A DNA stretch of 62,963 bases, counting the filler, from Octopus bimaculoides (Eukaryota), in the NCBI RefSeq assembly GCF_001194135.2. It is 4 parts of 4 records of this genome, joined end to end, with 100 filler letters (N's around TTAATTAATTAA, not from the genome) between each part and the next. Parts side by side here need not be neighbours in the genome. Positions count along the whole stretch, not along the records: positions 54,906 to 62,963 come from NC_068996.1; 3 more parts are not named here. One strand, written 5' to 3'. Of the stretch, positions 62,562 to 62,963 are shown in pieces (positions within the stretch are counted from its first letter, which is position 1; each line of letters starts with the position of its first letter). The notes under the pieces are model-generated. The model searched no databases, was not told the origin of the DNA, and was given only the letters and a program-made list of their open reading frames with translations. Made by a program: the position numbers and the translations under genes.

Positions 62562-62616
62562 TGACAGGGTCGGTAGTTTTCACATTTCTGTAATTTTCAG
62601 ATTAACACCTGCACGA

Positions 62617-62881
62617 TTACCCAACCCTAATCCTAAAACCCAAAACCTAATCGTAACCCTAACACTAACCCTAACACTAACCCTAAACCCTAACCCTAAC
62701 CCTAAAACCCTAACCCTAAAACCCTAACCCTGACCCTAAAATCGTAACACTAACCCTAATCCTAACCCTAATCCTAACCCTAACCGTAACCCTAAATCCT
62801 AACCTTAACCGTAACCCTAAAACCGTAACCCTGACCCTAAAACCGTAACCCTGACCCTAAAACCCCAACCCTAACACCCTA
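62617..62881. repeat. Degenerate interstitial telomere-like (TAACCC)n array
   Basis: TAACCC mixed with TAATCC, TAACAC, TGACCC, CGTAAC, TAAAACCC; non-repeat sequence on both sides. Confidence 0.9.
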
Positions 62882-62963
62882 GTGAAAATCGTGGTATATT
62901 TACAAAACATTGACGGCATAAATACAGAGTTGTACCCCACGAATTTGGAAGGTCATAACTTTC

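Noticed and set aside
62617-62881. True telomere
   Set aside because: Short, degenerate and flanked by non-telomeric sequence on both sides.

Overview
Eukaryotic, very repeat-dense, gap-riddled intergenic/intronic DNA. The SINE families, (TA)n/(CA)n/(TAA)n/(GATA)n microsatellites and LINE mix point to an Octopus genome (inference). I found no host protein-coding exon I can support; nearly all ORF-track entries are microsatellite, N-gap or decayed-transposon read-throughs. Contents: (1) a pile-up of Dong/R4-type RLE LINE fragments, several starting right at (TAA)n tracts (1-12 kb), interrupted by the 5' half of an L1/Tx1-type LINE; (2) Penelope-like GIY-YIG fragments (19.3 kb, 30.5-32.5 kb); (3) CR1, RTE-BovB-like (three C-terminal C2H2 fingers), RTE-X-like (5'-inverted) and RTE LINE pieces; (4) maT/mariner, Tigger/pogo, hAT and Helitron-like DNA elements; (5) about 20 tRNA-derived SINE copies or fragments; (6) a degenerate telomere-like array at the right end. 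The main hidden signal is a set of hammerhead-ribozyme motifs in small microsatellite-flanked repeats. One is a minimal type I hammerhead with an intact core (20736-20798, -). Another, at 42738-42805 (-), has a complete catalytic core and all three helices, but its strands are in an order that is not a circular permutation of types I/II/III. All RNA folds were paired by hand and are untested. Three 44N-TTAATTAATTAA-44N spacers mark scaffold joins, so adjacency across them is uncertain.
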